Source of the DNA: Sarea resinae
Lineage: Eukaryota
Length of the DNA: 56,654 bases
Assembly (NCBI GenBank): GCA_026026165.1
Contig: JAPEUD010000018.1
Span: 310,001 to 366,654, forward strand
Direction of reading: 5' to 3'
Of the stretch, positions 14,286 through 27,090 are shown one piece after another (positions within the stretch are counted from its first letter, which is position 1; each line of letters starts with the position of its first letter). The notes under the pieces are model-generated. The model searched no databases, was not told the DNA's origin, and worked only from the letters and a program-made list of their open reading frames with translations. Position numbers and translations under genes: made by a program.

Positions 14286-16182
14286 ATGGGGATCCCAACG
14301 TCAAAGGTACAGCATTCGCCACCCAACGTGAACGAGAAAGTCGATCCCGGAAATGGCCACAGCAACAGCGACGAGTCCGAGAGGGCGCTTCAACAACAGA
14401 ATCAACAACGGCCTCCCTATCAGACCCGGAACAGCGGCATCGGATACATCAATGCCGAGAGGCAAAACCGAAAATACGAAAATGCAAACGTGAGGGACGA
14501 CGGCAAGATCGAACTCACAGAAAACGATGCCTACGACAAGTTGGGATATTGTTTTCCTTTCTGGAAAAGATGGATGATTCTTTCTGTGATGTTCATGATC
14601 CAGATCTCCATGAATCTTAACGCGAGCGTGTATGCCAATGCTGTTACCCGCATCTCGAAAAAGTACAATGTCAGCGAGCAAGCTGCCAGGGTCCCGCAAT
14701 TGACGTTCTTGGTCGCATACTCATTTGGATGTGAACTCTGGGCGCCCTGGAGTGAGGAGTACGGGAGATGGCCCATTCAACAACTCAGTCTTTTCCTCGT
14801 GAACATCTGGCAACTGCCATGTGCCCTTGCTCCAAGCTTTGGAACCTTTCCAGTTGTCCGCTTTCTAGGTGGCATATCTAACGCTGGAGGCTCGGTCACT
14901 CTGGGTATCATCGCCGACCTATGGGAGCCTGACGATCAAGAGTATGCTGTTGCATTTCTAGTCCTCTCATCCGTTGGTGGCTCTGTGGTTGGAGCATTGG
15001 TGGGTGGATTTGTCGAAGAATATAAATCATTGAATTGGATCTTCTGGATCCAGCTCATCGTTGGCGGAGGCGTTCAAATCATGCATTTCGTCCTCGTCCC
15101 CGAGACCCGATCGACCATTCTGCTCGATAGAGAGGCTAAAAAAAGACGCAAGACTGGCGAGAAGGACATATACGGGCCAAATGAACTCAGAGCATCTCGT
15201 CTGAACTTTAAAGAAATATGGACCATCTGGACCCGACCATTTTACATGTTTCTCACTGAGCCGATTGTGCTATGGCTTTCACTACTTTCCGGCTTCAGTG
15301 ACGCTTTGATTTTTACATTCTTGCAGGGGTTCCAGCCCATCTACAAGCAGTGGGGGTTCGGGACGGTAGCCATCAGCCTGGCATTCATACCGTAAGTCTC
15401 CGGCTTGATGCGCAGAAAATTTCTAACAGATACGCAGACTCTTGGTCGGCTACTTTATCGCCTACTTCTCTTTCCTGCCGTCCATACATTATTTCCGGGG
15501 TATACGTCGCAGAGACGGAGAAGACGCTCTTGAACCTGAATGCCGTCTATGGTGGCTTCTCTATAGTAGGTCTTGTCTGTGCAGATTTGGAAACTCTGCT
15601 GACAGTCACAAGTGGCTCCACTGGAACCGATAGGGCTTATCGGGTTTGCTTGGACCAGTTTAGGTCCCCCACATGTTCACTGGATCGCGCCTATGATATT
15701 TTCAGCTCTCGTAGGCATCGCTAATGTAAGAAATCCCTGGATGTGGTTCTATCTGAGCTCAACTGACTTCCATGCAGTACTCAATCTACCAGTCGTCTAT
15801 TGACTACATGATTGCTGCTTACGGTCCGTATGCCGCATCTGCTACCGGTGGGAATGATCTTGCCCGAGATTTTCTTTCTGGCATCGCAGCTCTGTATTCG
15901 ACTCCAAGTACGTCCGTGCTCCTTTTTCGAGGATTGCCTGTTGACTGTGTGCTAGTGTATTCCAACATCGGAAAGTCACATCCTCTCGAATGGGCTTCGA
16001 CAATTTTGGCTTGTATTTCCTTCATGGTCACCATTCCGATCTATATCTTCTATCGCAATGGGCCGACCATCCGAGCAAAGTCCAGGTTTGCCCAGACGAT
16101 CGCGAAATCGAGAAGGAGACCCGGTGGGTTCTCGGGCAAAGTGGAAGGCAAGGAGGCAGCCGAGCATGCCGAGGTGGTCTAG
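14286..16182 (+). CDS. MFS drug:H+ antiporter (DHA1 family), multi-exon
   Basis: WAPWSEEYGRWP motif, PETRSTILL, TEPIV, alternating TM helices, and C-terminal exons IDYMIAAYGPYAASA and GPTIRAKSRFA. Confidence 0.92.
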
Positions 16183-17168
16183 GGCTGGACGGACCAAAAT
16201 GTATGAGCAGACGTCATTGATCGCAAGAGCTGTTTGCTCGAGAGATCATCTCTTTCTTTCTGCTCAATTCATGACGGCGCATGCAAGGTATTCGAATACA
16301 GATGGTGTGAAAATATCTTTGGTCCAGGATGGACTCGTACGATGTGATCGAACAGTCCACCCTTAGTGTTGTTACTCTACGCCATCAACTTGTATGTGGA
16401 GATTCGGAGCTGCAACAAGGTGACGTGACATGCGCGATTGAGGCTCAGTAATCACCGGAGCAGCAGTTACCTAAGGTCCCGAGGTACTTGTATACCATCT
16501 GCCCTGCCCTCGAGCTCATACAGAATGCCTCGAAGGCCCGAACCTGAGGAGAGAAGGGAACTTCTAGGAGCAGAGGCCGAAAAAAGAAAGAAAGAGAAAC
16601 ATCCAGATATGATCGTGGGCTTGAAATTGGTGCCGAGGCCGAGGCCGAGGGACAAGGATAATCGATAGGCCAAGGTGATAGAAGATCATCTTCTCAATGC
16701 TTGGTCCATCTATCTTCCTTGAGTCTTCACTTGCAGCAGTAGCCATATCTCCTACGATACAATATCACATTGCCGCATCTTCTAGCATATGTGCGGCCCG
16801 CAACTCTCGTAGAATCCCAACAGGGCGGAAATCTTGTTGAGGTGGCAATTCAGACATGATGAAGCTGATGAGGAGTAGGAGGAAGAGGAGGGGGGCATAA
16901 TGGTGACGAAGACGACGAAAGGAGAGGAGATGAGAAGGGTGATGACATAGACATGAAGGAATGTGAGGAATTGAATGAGGACGAGGTGATGGTGGAGCTA
17001 ATACTCGCTAAAGGCCCGTACTCTTTGGAATCCTCGTGTCGATCTCTCGAATCTCGCCCTTGCCCTTTTCCTTCATCCCCGACAGGCAAAGCCGTTCAAG
17101 ATAAAACGCGAACTGGCTGCTTCCTGTGATCTACAGGATCTCAGAATTGAACCTCTATTGAGGCATGT

Positions 17169-17828
17169 GTGCAGCGGCTCCAAAGTCCCATGTCTGAGCC
17201 CTTCAATTTGGTCGGCGGCGCTGCAATAGTCACTATAGGCAGCTCTCGAACGACATCCGACGTCGATATTCTGGTGTCGAGGAACGTTGAGGTCCGCGAT
17301 CTTGTGCAGGGCCTTGAAAACGAAGGTGTCATCAAGATCCAGGGTGGACAATATCACTTTGTGAGCATTAATAACGCGTCTGCCAAGAATCTCACTCTTG
17401 ACATCTTGACGAGAGCCGTTAACATCGTCACCTTCGACGAGTTTGAAACGCAGACTGAACTTCGTGAAGGAATTAGAGTGCTTAAGACACAACATAGCCT
17501 CGCTATGAAATTAGTTTGCGTGTACTTGCGTGGCGATGATGACCACGGGGATAAAAAAGAAACAGATTGTGAGGATATCGAATTTCTGAGCAACATCATG
17601 GTCCTCGACAGGGAGTGTTTTTCTGAAGAATGCGCTGTGCATTTTCAACTACATCACTACCACCTTTACTATCTCAAAGCGATGCTAGAGCCAGCCACGG
17701 TTGAGCGACTTATTGCGCTTGGTGTCCGGAAAATGGTGTTACCTTGAGCTAAGAACACTGATGATCAGCGAGATATATACCTCGCATTCGCAGACGAGGG
17801 TACGCCCTTGGAGGATTCAATTTTTTGA
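17169..17828 (+). pseudogene. Pol-beta-superfamily nucleotidyltransferase (AbiEii-like signature), probably damaged
   Basis: LVGGAA-x4-GSSRTTSDVDILV signature, downstream DIL, KL and DxxD. In-frame TGA at 17148 and 17745; coding-like frame continues to 17828. Confidence 0.6.
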
Positions 17829-17959
17829 TCACTCCGAATTTGCTCGTTTAACGTAGTATAGGCCTGTACATATCCGCTAAGGAGTCCAATCCACTCAGGC
17901 ATCAGGGAACATTTTTGGGAACATTCTTGACAACCTCTTAATCAAGAAGTTCATCGAAC

Positions 17960-18670
17960 GGATAACTAACGACATGCTTCGTTGTATTGTGGCTGGGCAG
18001 AAGAGTGAGGTCTTAAACCCCACCTTGGATGATATTATGACCCTAAATCAAAGCATTGCCTCCAGCATGGGGGAAATTCCAAAGTCGAAGAAAGCACTGC
18101 AAACCGGATTACAGCTCTAGCATATATGTCCGGAAGAGCGGGAGTTTGCCCGAGACGTAGAAACTCAGCGACAGGCATTGGAAACCGAAAGGGAGCAACA
18201 ACAGAAGTGGGGGGACGAAATCCAGAAAATCCAGCAGAAAGTGGCAAATGTGATGGATCGACTGGTGGAGTTATCCGTCAGCAATGGCATTGGACATAGC
18301 CAGGATAGACCTCAACCCATGGTAATCGAAGAGCGATGGGTCCACTGAACTCGAACTATCCACAAGGCCATCGCCCAGCTTGTCAGAATGACATGACAGG
18401 TGAGATCTGCTTCCGATGCGACCAAGAGGGCTATTTCCAGGCGAGCTGCTGTTCTAATGTCGCCTTGTCAGATGCAGAGCGACGTGCAGTCATGAATTGA
18501 GTTGCGGAAGTCAGTACAGCAAAGATAGCCCAAACGAAGCGGGCAGCAGCAGGATACACTTCGGATTGCTACAACCTAGGGGATTCAGATATGCACATTT
18601 AGGACATCGCGTTCGTTGATGCTTATCATATCGCTTATGAGGTCAGTCCGGTGGAAGATGTCCATTAAGG
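17960..18670 (+). mobile_element. Degenerate retrotransposon gag relic
   Basis: 18408-18449 reads CFRCDQEGYFQASC, a CX2CX4HX4C zinc knuckle with His replaced by Tyr (CAT>TAT). Surrounding frames are broken; boundaries approximate. Confidence 0.5.
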
Positions 18671-19520
18671 CCCTCCAACGATACTGACGCTGAGATTTCA
18701 GTTGGACGGTTATGTATGACCTCTAGACCAGGGAACGACAAAGCACTGGGCCTACTGCGGACAGAGTCTGGAGGTTCTCATCCGCTATAACTATTCTCCT
18801 GACCTCTGTCCTTATTCTCTTGCAGTCCTCTTAAGGACATTTTCACGACGATCCTTGAATGGGTTCAAGCTTACTCGTAGCGGGATGATGGGTCTTTGGA
18901 GCATGGAACGTATTTGTAAGCCAGCAACCTCATGTAAATGCATGGGTGTGATCTCAGGCGTCCTCGGAAATGCAACAGCATTCCAATCACATCTGTTTCT
19001 CTCCAATATGGACCTGCCAAACGTAAGGTCGTCGATGCTTGATCATGACGGGAGTGAAAGTCCTGTAAGCGCAAGCACCTCAATCAAAGCTTCCACATTC
19101 ACCTACCGTGCCTTCTTTCAATGCCCCACTGGTGTCAGGTGTCGAATCACAAGTCACGCCGGAAATCTTGATTAACCTCACCTCTTCGACCCAGTCCAGC
19201 GTACAGACCTGTGTCTGTCATCATGGGATCTTGGTTCTTTCGTTTTGCCTGACTGGCTAGCGTTGGAACAGTGTTACTTCCCGTCAGCTCAGAAGCACTT
19301 GCCATCCTTGAAATCAGATCAGGTAGCCACCTTCCACGATTGAACCAACTTTTCAACAGTCTTCCTATTGAGACCATCAATCCTATTTGACAACCAGCCT
19401 CGGTCTTCTGTGAGTTCTGCGTTCATAAAATCTCGTAGGCCTCTCACTCTAGCTTTCCGGCTCCAACGGGCGAGGTTTGATACACCCCCACTGACTCAAG
19501 GTCCCGTCTAGTTCAACAGT

Positions 19521-21093
19521 ATGGACGACTCTTCCGCCGCCTTAGCCCTCGAGCTTCTTCTCGAAGACGCCGAAGAGATGCTGCACACAAAGAAACGGAA
19601 ACGAGATGAGGATAACACCGATTACAAGCTCGCCGTCCAGCTACACACCGAAGATCTCAGGAAGTACCAGAGTGGCCTTTCTGACAGACGTATGAGTGTC
19701 AGCATGAACGCAGCAATTCACAGGGACGGCAACGCCATACGAATCGCTCAATCCGAGGAAGACGTGGCCCGGCGTGACCGATACCTGGCATTTCAGATCA
19801 GCGGTCAAGAAAATGCTCGTACCGGCCGCAACTCCCCCCAGCCAGTTCCGCATCCTCCACGCCCTCGACCTCCGCAAGCTCCAGTCCAGCAGCCTCAAGC
19901 TCCACCCGCCCCACCAGCTTCACAGAACAGCCAAGCTCATCAAGCTCTTGCACTTCCACATACTTGCCCACCACCGCCTGGAGCAGTTTCTGCCAGAAAT
20001 CCCTCGCCGAACAACGCTCAGAAGCCAGCGGCAACGAATGGGGCATGCAGCAAGGTCGTCGACCTCCGTGAGGAATGTGTCGCTTGCACGGAGCGTAAAT
20101 CGTTCGACGAAATCCATCTCAGTCCTTGTGGCCACCATTACTGTCGCAAATGCATACGCCATCTTTTCGAGAATGCAATAAAGGACGAATCGGTGTTCCC
20201 CCCAAGATGTTGTCGGCAGGAACTTCCACTATACACAGTCCAAGACTTGCTAGGCCCTGAATTGACGATAAGTTTTCAGCAAAAGCAGGTAGAGTATCGT
20301 ACTGAGAACCGTATCTACTGTGCAGATACTAGGTGTGCGGCGTTCATCAGACCGGAATGGATACATGGGGACAAGGCAAGATGCTCGGCATGCAGAAAAT
20401 CAACTTGTACAATGTGTAAGAATGAATCACACAAAGGCGACTGTCCTGCCGATGGCGCACTTCAAGCTTTGCTAGCAACCGCCACAGCGGCAGGATGGAA
20501 GCGATGTCGACAATGCAAACGAATGATTGAATTGCGAACAGGATGTAATCATATTACGTAAGTAAACCTGCCTATCCTATCTTTTCCCGTAGACGGAAAG
20601 ATACTGACAAAGATCGTGGAGGTGCCGATGCCGGGCCGAATTCTGCTATACGTGTGGACTTCGTTGGAAAACTTGTGCTTGCGAGACCTGGGATGAGGCG
20701 CTACTTCTAGAACGAGAAAACAGAGCTGGTCGTGAGCAGGTAGCTGCACAAGTCGTCCGTCCACCTCCAATTCAACCTGCACCTCCCCCGCCACAACCTC
20801 CCCAAGTTCGCGGTCCTTTACCTGCCTTTCCCGCGGCTGCTCCTCGGCTTGCCCCTCAAGTGCAGCCTCAGATCATACAACAGATCCCTCAGTTCGTTCA
20901 TCCGCCTCCCCAGCCTGTACCGCAAGCACCCTTTCAGACAATTCGTCAGAATTGCCCCCATTCCGATGACTTTGATGAATTGGAAGGGGAATTTGATTGT
21001 GACGAATGCACAAGGACTTTCTATCACTATATCTTGGAGTGCTCTCTGTGTCGACTTAGGGTCTGTCAGTGGTGCTTGCGGAGGGGTCTCTGA
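19521..21093 (+). CDS. RBR (RING-IBR-RING) E3 ubiquitin ligase, 2 exons
   Basis: RING1 (CVAC...PCGHHYCRKC), FPPRCC, IBR (YCADTRC...CSAC...CTMC...H), RING2 split by an intron near 20558-20621 (GCNHIT|CRCRAEFCYTCG), Pro-rich linker and C-terminal Cys cluster ending at 21093. Confidence 0.9.
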
Positions 21094-22547
21094 GGAGCAT
21101 TCGGAACACAGTCATTTGAAGTTGAGTACGACTACCATGCATCCCGTGCATTAGGAGTTGAGCTTCATCCACCCATCGACGATTCTCCATATCTACTAGG
21201 TCTCGAGGGTGATTTATTTGTCTTATTTGTAATTCTCAGCTACTGCGAGTGGAGGTCGCGGCATACCCTATTGTGAGGGGTTCAGAAAGCAGCTCGATCT
21301 GGGGTGGATATTCGCATCGCATTTGCTATCTTGTCGCTAGGGTCAGACTTGCTTGTATTAATGTACGAAGTACTGCTCGGCACCAAATACACATGAGCTT
21401 GCTGTCGAGATTGGTCATCGCAGGCGGGGAGAAAGCGGAGCGGTGGTTCGATTTACGAGGGGCACGATCGTGGACGATCAAAACGGGTGATTTGCACAAT
21501 GCTGGAGGATGAGCTGTATAAGCATGATAATGTACTCTGTAACAATGGAAGGCCTGCTAAGAAGTGTGTTCCAATGATAACGACAAAGCCAGCTTCCGCA
21601 TCGGACATTGGTCATCCGAAGTGCGGTTACTTCTGGACGATCTGCACGCGCGGCAGATGGATATCATCCCTGATACTCCCGATGGATTACCAATTGGCGA
21701 AGGGTGAAGCCTATTCTCGTACCTGCCTCTCGAGGCGAAAGATAGGACGTCGTGATTTGACCGCAGCTGCAAGATCGACAGATCTCTGCGCGATATATCA
21801 GCATCGCCATTTGCTTAGAGTACAGCTACTAGGTAGAGATTCCTTGCAATCTTCACAGGGTTGGTGGGATGGAAACGAGGAGCCGTACGTCTGCCGGACG
21901 GACGTTAATCCCTCAAGGCAGGAATGCCGTGGCTCGCTAAGCCCTTCTCGGGTTTAACCCTTCGTGTCAGGGCTGCCGGCAGTGGACCGGTAGTTGTGAA
22001 TAGAGTGTCTCCGTGCGAAAGTACGAAGTACTCCGCAGCGCTCCTCCAGCTTTACCCCACGGACGAACGCCATGACACGATACTTACCACGCTATGCGAG
22101 ACCACCACGATGCCACCACGGTAATCTGCTCATCTGCTGATCTTTGCCTTGGCTTCACCTGACGATCAATCGATGGAATGCAGTCCATCATGGAATGTGA
22201 ATTGCCCATCGATCCATGTGCGGTGACAAGCCGCAGCGCGCATGTCGAGACGGAAGGTGCCAGATTAACTGGCCATCTCGAGACAACGCAGACGCGGGAC
22301 AAGAAGCGGACTGTTTTGCTTATGCATGCTGCTATATAACCTTCGTTTGTGGTCACTCTTGTGATGGAGTCAGGAATGTTATCCTCATCCTTATCCTCAT
22401 CAGTCCATCCGGCCAATCGACACCCTCACTGTGACTGTTAAAGTCAATATCTTCATCCATCCGCTCTTATACTTTGCTTCATTGACCCTTCAAGTCGACC
22501 TCCCCCCCCCCTCCCCCCCCCAAAAAGCAACACCAAAGTTATTAATC

Positions 22548-23495
22548 ATGGGCAAGATCGTCATCACAGGTGTCGATGGTAACCTCATTGGCTACGCCGC
22601 CGAACTCGTCCTGCAAGAAGTCCCCGGCGACCGATGCATCTTCACCAGCCCTGCCCTCGATAGCATCCCCGCGGCCCGAGTTCAGGCGTGGAAAGACAAG
22701 GGCGTCGAGGTTCTGGCCCTCGACTACGATAATGTGGCCGGCATGGAGAAAGCCTTCAAGGATGCTGATGTTGTCCAACTCGTGTCGACCTGGATGATTG
22801 GCTCTATCCGCCGCGCTCAGCATCGACGAGCCGTTTCCGCCGCCAAAGCCGCTGGTGCTAAAAGAGTCTTATACACGTCGTTCATCGGTGCGGGCGCGGA
22901 AGTCGACACTCCCTATGTGGCATCCGATCACCGAGATACGGAGCAGGCCGTCTACGAGTCCGGTCTCGCCTGGAACATCCAGCGTAATAATCTCTACCTC
23001 GACACGCACGTCCGCGTCTTTGTCCCTGCGGCGGCCAACAAACTCAACAATACGTGGCCCTGCAACTGCGGCCGCACCAAAGCATCCTATGTCGCGCGCC
23101 AGGACTGCTCCCGCGTTGCCGCCGCTCTGATCTTGGGCAAGTGTGAGCCGAACCGAGTCTATACCGTCACCGGGCCTGAGCTCCTCTCCGATCAGGATAT
23201 ATTCGATCTGGTCAAGCAGGAGACGGGGTGGGAAGGCAAGAGCAATGAGATGAGCGATACGGAGCTGTATGCATACTGGAAAGCTCAAGGCGTGCCGCTC
23301 TACAGTGATGGCGATTTCTCCAAGGCTCCGATCCCGCATATCTCCGCGACCGATCTGACGGAGAACTGGAGTGCGGTCCGCAAAGGCTTCCATAGTTTCA
23401 TCTCGGATGACTATGAGAAGCTGACGGGGAAGAAGCCTGTGTCTGCGATCGAAGTGATTAGACAATTCAAGGACGAGTTGCCGAAGAAGGCTTAA
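22548..23495 (+). CDS. NmrA-like / atypical SDR NAD(P)H oxidoreductase, intronless
   Basis: Rossmann start KIVITGVDGNL, AFKDAD, AAKAAGAKRVLYTS, DHRDTE, VARQD and VYTVTGPE; continuous 315-aa frame. Confidence 0.88.
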   Translation: MGKIVITGVDGNLIGYAAELVLQEVPGDRCIFTSPALDSIPAARVQAWKDKGVEVLALDYDNVAGMEKAFKDADVVQLVSTWMIGSIRRAQHRRAVSAAKAAGAKRVLYTSFIGAGAEVDTPYVASDHRDTEQAVYESGLAWNIQRNNLYLDTHVRVFVPAAANKLNNTWPCNCGRTKASYVARQDCSRVAAALILGKCEPNRVYTVTGPELLSDQDIFDLVKQETGWEGKSNEMSDTELYAYWKAQGVPLYSDGDFSKAPIPHISATDLTENWSAVRKGFHSFISDDYEKLTGKKPVSAIEVIRQFKDELPKKA

Positions 23496-24046
23496 GCGGT
23501 TGGACTTTGTTTGTTTTCAACATGGATCTAGGAATGGGATTCGACGTGACGAAATTAATGTTAGCTTTTCAGGAATAAAATTTATGCATCTATCTTTTAT
23601 TACTATTGCTCTCTTGCTTTCTCCGGACTGCGGATGTTCGTCGTCTCAGTCGTCTCGTGGATTGACGATACGGTACTGAAAGGCACGAATGATCCAGCCG
23701 CAACGAGAGGATTCGGTGTTGGCTTGCATAGGTATTTAATCCAAATCGAGATCCCATGATGCTGTGCGTAGTGTCTAAGTTCTAGAGAGAAGTTTTCCCC
23801 GCCATACCATAGCAATCTGAAAAGAACTATCATTGGCCCTCTGGTTTGGTCAATTTGGTCGTTGGTTGTTCGCTTGACGTTGAAGGAGTCGGACCTATTT
23901 CAAGGATAAGGGACGGTCCCGGGCGTGGGGAGGGCTTTTTTCATCCTAAATGCATCTTTGTAGCTGCTGACTCCTATATCTATCTAGAGTAATGGGGGCC
24001 TCAGGTTCGTAGGTGCCCAGATCTATGATGCGAGGTTCATTACCGA

Positions 24047-24451
24047 CCCCGCAAATTTTACCCCGGAGATCTGCGTGCCACCCCACACATTTACCCCACA
24101 ATTTGACAATGAGATGCAATTAGTATTCCTAACATACGATTTCTTTCTATACTTTCCAAGATGCGAGGACGCCTGCAGGGGACGCGTAGAGCTTGGCCAA
24201 AGCCCCGCGCGGCAACGTGCAGCAAGCTCCCGCAAATTCTATCTTTCCTGACGTATATGAATCGAGAGTGACTGGCAAGCCGCCTTCTACTGAATTCTAC
24301 TGAATATCCCAGGGCACGATACGGGAAGCTGGGATGCGGGGCAAAGCAGATAGAATGACCTAGATTACTGCCGTCGTCTCGTCCAATCTGACCTGAAGTA
24401 CCTATTGGTGATGCAGGCCCCTGGCTTCCCCGCACGCCGCATCTCCCCCAG
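24047..24451. promoter_or_regulatory. Cluster of candidate CreA/Cre1 (SYGGRG) sites upstream of the ADH gene
   Basis: SYGGRG/CYCCRS matches at 24047, 24061, 24081, 24094, 24203, 24336, 24428 and 24446. Confidence 0.45.
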
Positions 24452-24690
24452 ATCTGGATATCGGTCACTGCTTACGGCAAATAATGGAGCGCAGCTTATA
24501 TTGGACGACTGACGCTCTATGGTCGCGATAGGTGATCTTGATCTTTATGATCGCCTCTCTGAGACCTGATCAGATATTTTCGTTCAGATGCAAGTGTGCA
24601 ACGCAAGAGCCAAGCGCGTGCAGCTCACATCAAATCTGCCGCCAGATCTTCCATAATTGAGAGGATCTTGAAGCAAGACGACAAGCAAAA

Positions 24691-26193
24691 ATGGGTTCGT
24701 CCACAGCGGCCTATGAATTTGGCGATGTCGTTATACCCAAAACCTGCAAGGCAGGAGTGGTAGTGAATGAGGGCCCTGACTTCACGGTTCGCATCGAAGA
24801 AGTGCCAGTACCCGAACCCGGTGAGTGTCGAGGATGATGGTGCCAACCATAGTAAAAGGCTCGTCTTGAAGGCAGAGCTAACCCCGTGAGGACAGGCCCC
24901 GGAGAGGTTCTCATCAAGATTAATATCACTGGTCTCTGTGCATCCGATATCCACTACATGAAAAACGACCTCGGTCTACCAAAGATGAGCAATTTTGGTG
25001 TCCGATCGCCCGGCCACGAGGGAGCTGGCGTCGTGGTCAAGCTCGGGGCCAATGTCGACAATGTCAAGGTTGGAGACCGGGCTGGTATGAAGCCCGTTTA
25101 TGATACATGCGGGTCATGCGATTTGTGTTGGGGCGACAAGGAGACCTACTGCGACGAGCTTAGACTCACGGGCATAGCTTCAAATGGTCGTCGACCTGTT
25201 TCTCTCTACATCTGTTTTTTATCTTTCCTGCTATTGCGAGTCCCTTTTCCCTAACGCCGTGTTCTTTATAGGCACTTACCAACAGTACGTGATTAGCCCG
25301 GCTAAGTATACTACTCCTATCCCCGATGGTGTCCCGGACGAGGTAGCTGCAGTAAGTCATCTCTGCTGTGCGGACTTGTGCCTTTTTGCATCCGACTGAG
25401 GAAGTCCTCGCAATTCCAGCCGATAATGTGCAGTGCATCAACCATCTACCGCAGTCTCATTGAATCGCAGTTGCGGCCGGGAGACTGGGCCGTATTTCCA
25501 GGAGGCGGTGGCGGAGTGGGTATACAAGGGGTCCAGCTTGCCAAGGCCATGGGATTCAGGCCGATCGCAGTGGATTCGGGGGCGGAAAAGCGTGCGCTGT
25601 GCCTGAAACTTGGCGCCGAGGCTTTCGTGGATTTCCGTGAGACCGAAAACGTCGCCCAAGAGGTCGTCCGAATCTCCGACGGCAAGGGCGCACATAGTGT
25701 CTTTGTTACGGCACCCCAAGCTTATCGCGACGCTGTTGCTTATACGGGCTGCAGGATTGCGGCGCGCGTTATGTGCATCGGATTGCGTCTGTTCCGTCTT
25801 TTCCCTCACGGCGGGTTTAACACTGACGAACTGCTTCTAGCACCACCCAACACGGTCATGCTTGGAGCCGACCCGTGCGACTTGTGCTTCAGAAACCTCG
25901 GTATTTCCGGCACCCTCGTGTCCTCAAGGAGCGACATCATGAAGACGCTGGATTTTGCTCGAAGGGTGAGTCCTTTTCCTCTTCAGCCCGGTCAACGCTT
26001 CGCATTCGTCAGACCTGCGCGATTCATTCCAGAATCATTCCAGAAGGTAGTGTAACTGATTCCCGACGATCAAATTTAGGGATTGCTCCATCCGATCTAC
26101 GAAAAGTTCCCAATCGATCAACTACCAGAGGCGCTCAAGAGGTTGAAAGCCGGCGCCGTCGCGGGCCGATGCATCATCGACTTCAACGCGTAG
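24691..26193 (+). CDS. Zinc-dependent medium-chain alcohol dehydrogenase, multi-exon
   Basis: GLCASDIH, GHEGAGVV, structural Zn site CGSCDLC...YC, GGGGGVG and C-terminal GRCIIDF; stop 26191-26193. Confidence 0.92.
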
Positions 26194-26449
26194 CTTCTTC
26201 TGTGCTTGTGCTGGCCTGTTGGGTGTAGTTTTCTGGCATTCCATATACCTAGCTAGCTTGCCATCTTCTATATCACACTTGATTGCTTTCGTTCACCACT
26301 TTCTTTCTTTTTTCCCTTCCACTTTTGTTCCCTCGTGGGAATAATCCTCATGTGTCGTACCCTCAAACGCAACATAGACAAGTAAGGTTCTTATCTCTCC
26401 TCTCCTCTGCTCTACTCTAGAGGCTTTCCTTCTCCTCTCCTGTGACAAT

Positions 26450-26930
26450 GGCGTGCGGCTTACCTGCTACGCCGATAGGACCAACCTTGGTCATACTGTA
26501 ATATCCTTCCTAGTCGCCTAGAACAATCGACGTGCTTTATTTTGAAAATAGCTCAGGGAGTACCTTTATAATCTAGTGCCGTTGATAGTCTATCGGTGTA
26601 ATAGTCCAGGTAGTCTGAACGGGCTACTCTAAACAGCCTAGTTTAGGAATTATTAGTCATCTCTTGCTTAGATAATTTCGATTGCGAATCTTCTCTATTA
26701 GGTTTCTACATCTACTATATAAAAACAAATCCACTTATACTAATATTAGCAGTAAGCTATTATATTTCAGAGCTATAGAATGAGCTATGTAAGAATAAAG
26801 GATATATTACCTATGACTACAATCTATTTAATTGAATATAGGGATTATTCAAGAGTATATCTATATATGATTTTCTAATTATCTAGTGTAGACGAGCCTG
26901 TCAATGTCAAGAAATTGTAAACATTTTCTA
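26450..26930. repeat. AT-rich, RIP-like decayed repeat relic
   Basis: Abrupt TpA-rich, AT-rich stretch with no ORFs between two GC-rich genes; element class not identifiable. Confidence 0.5.
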
Positions 26931-27090
26931 CCAGGTGCTTTGCTACTGTCTAACGCCGTAGGAATGCTGCTGCTAAAGTCGATTGTCTAGCTCAAAACAC
27001 CAGAAAACCTTCTCGACAAATTGGATATCTGTTATGCGCGAGATACGCCTTACCCTTTAAAGCGTTGATATGGTCGATCGTCTAGTATTT

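Noticed and set aside
16850..17000. Purine-rich stretch encoding acidic low-complexity peptide
   Set aside because: Interrupted by stops with no identifiable domain.
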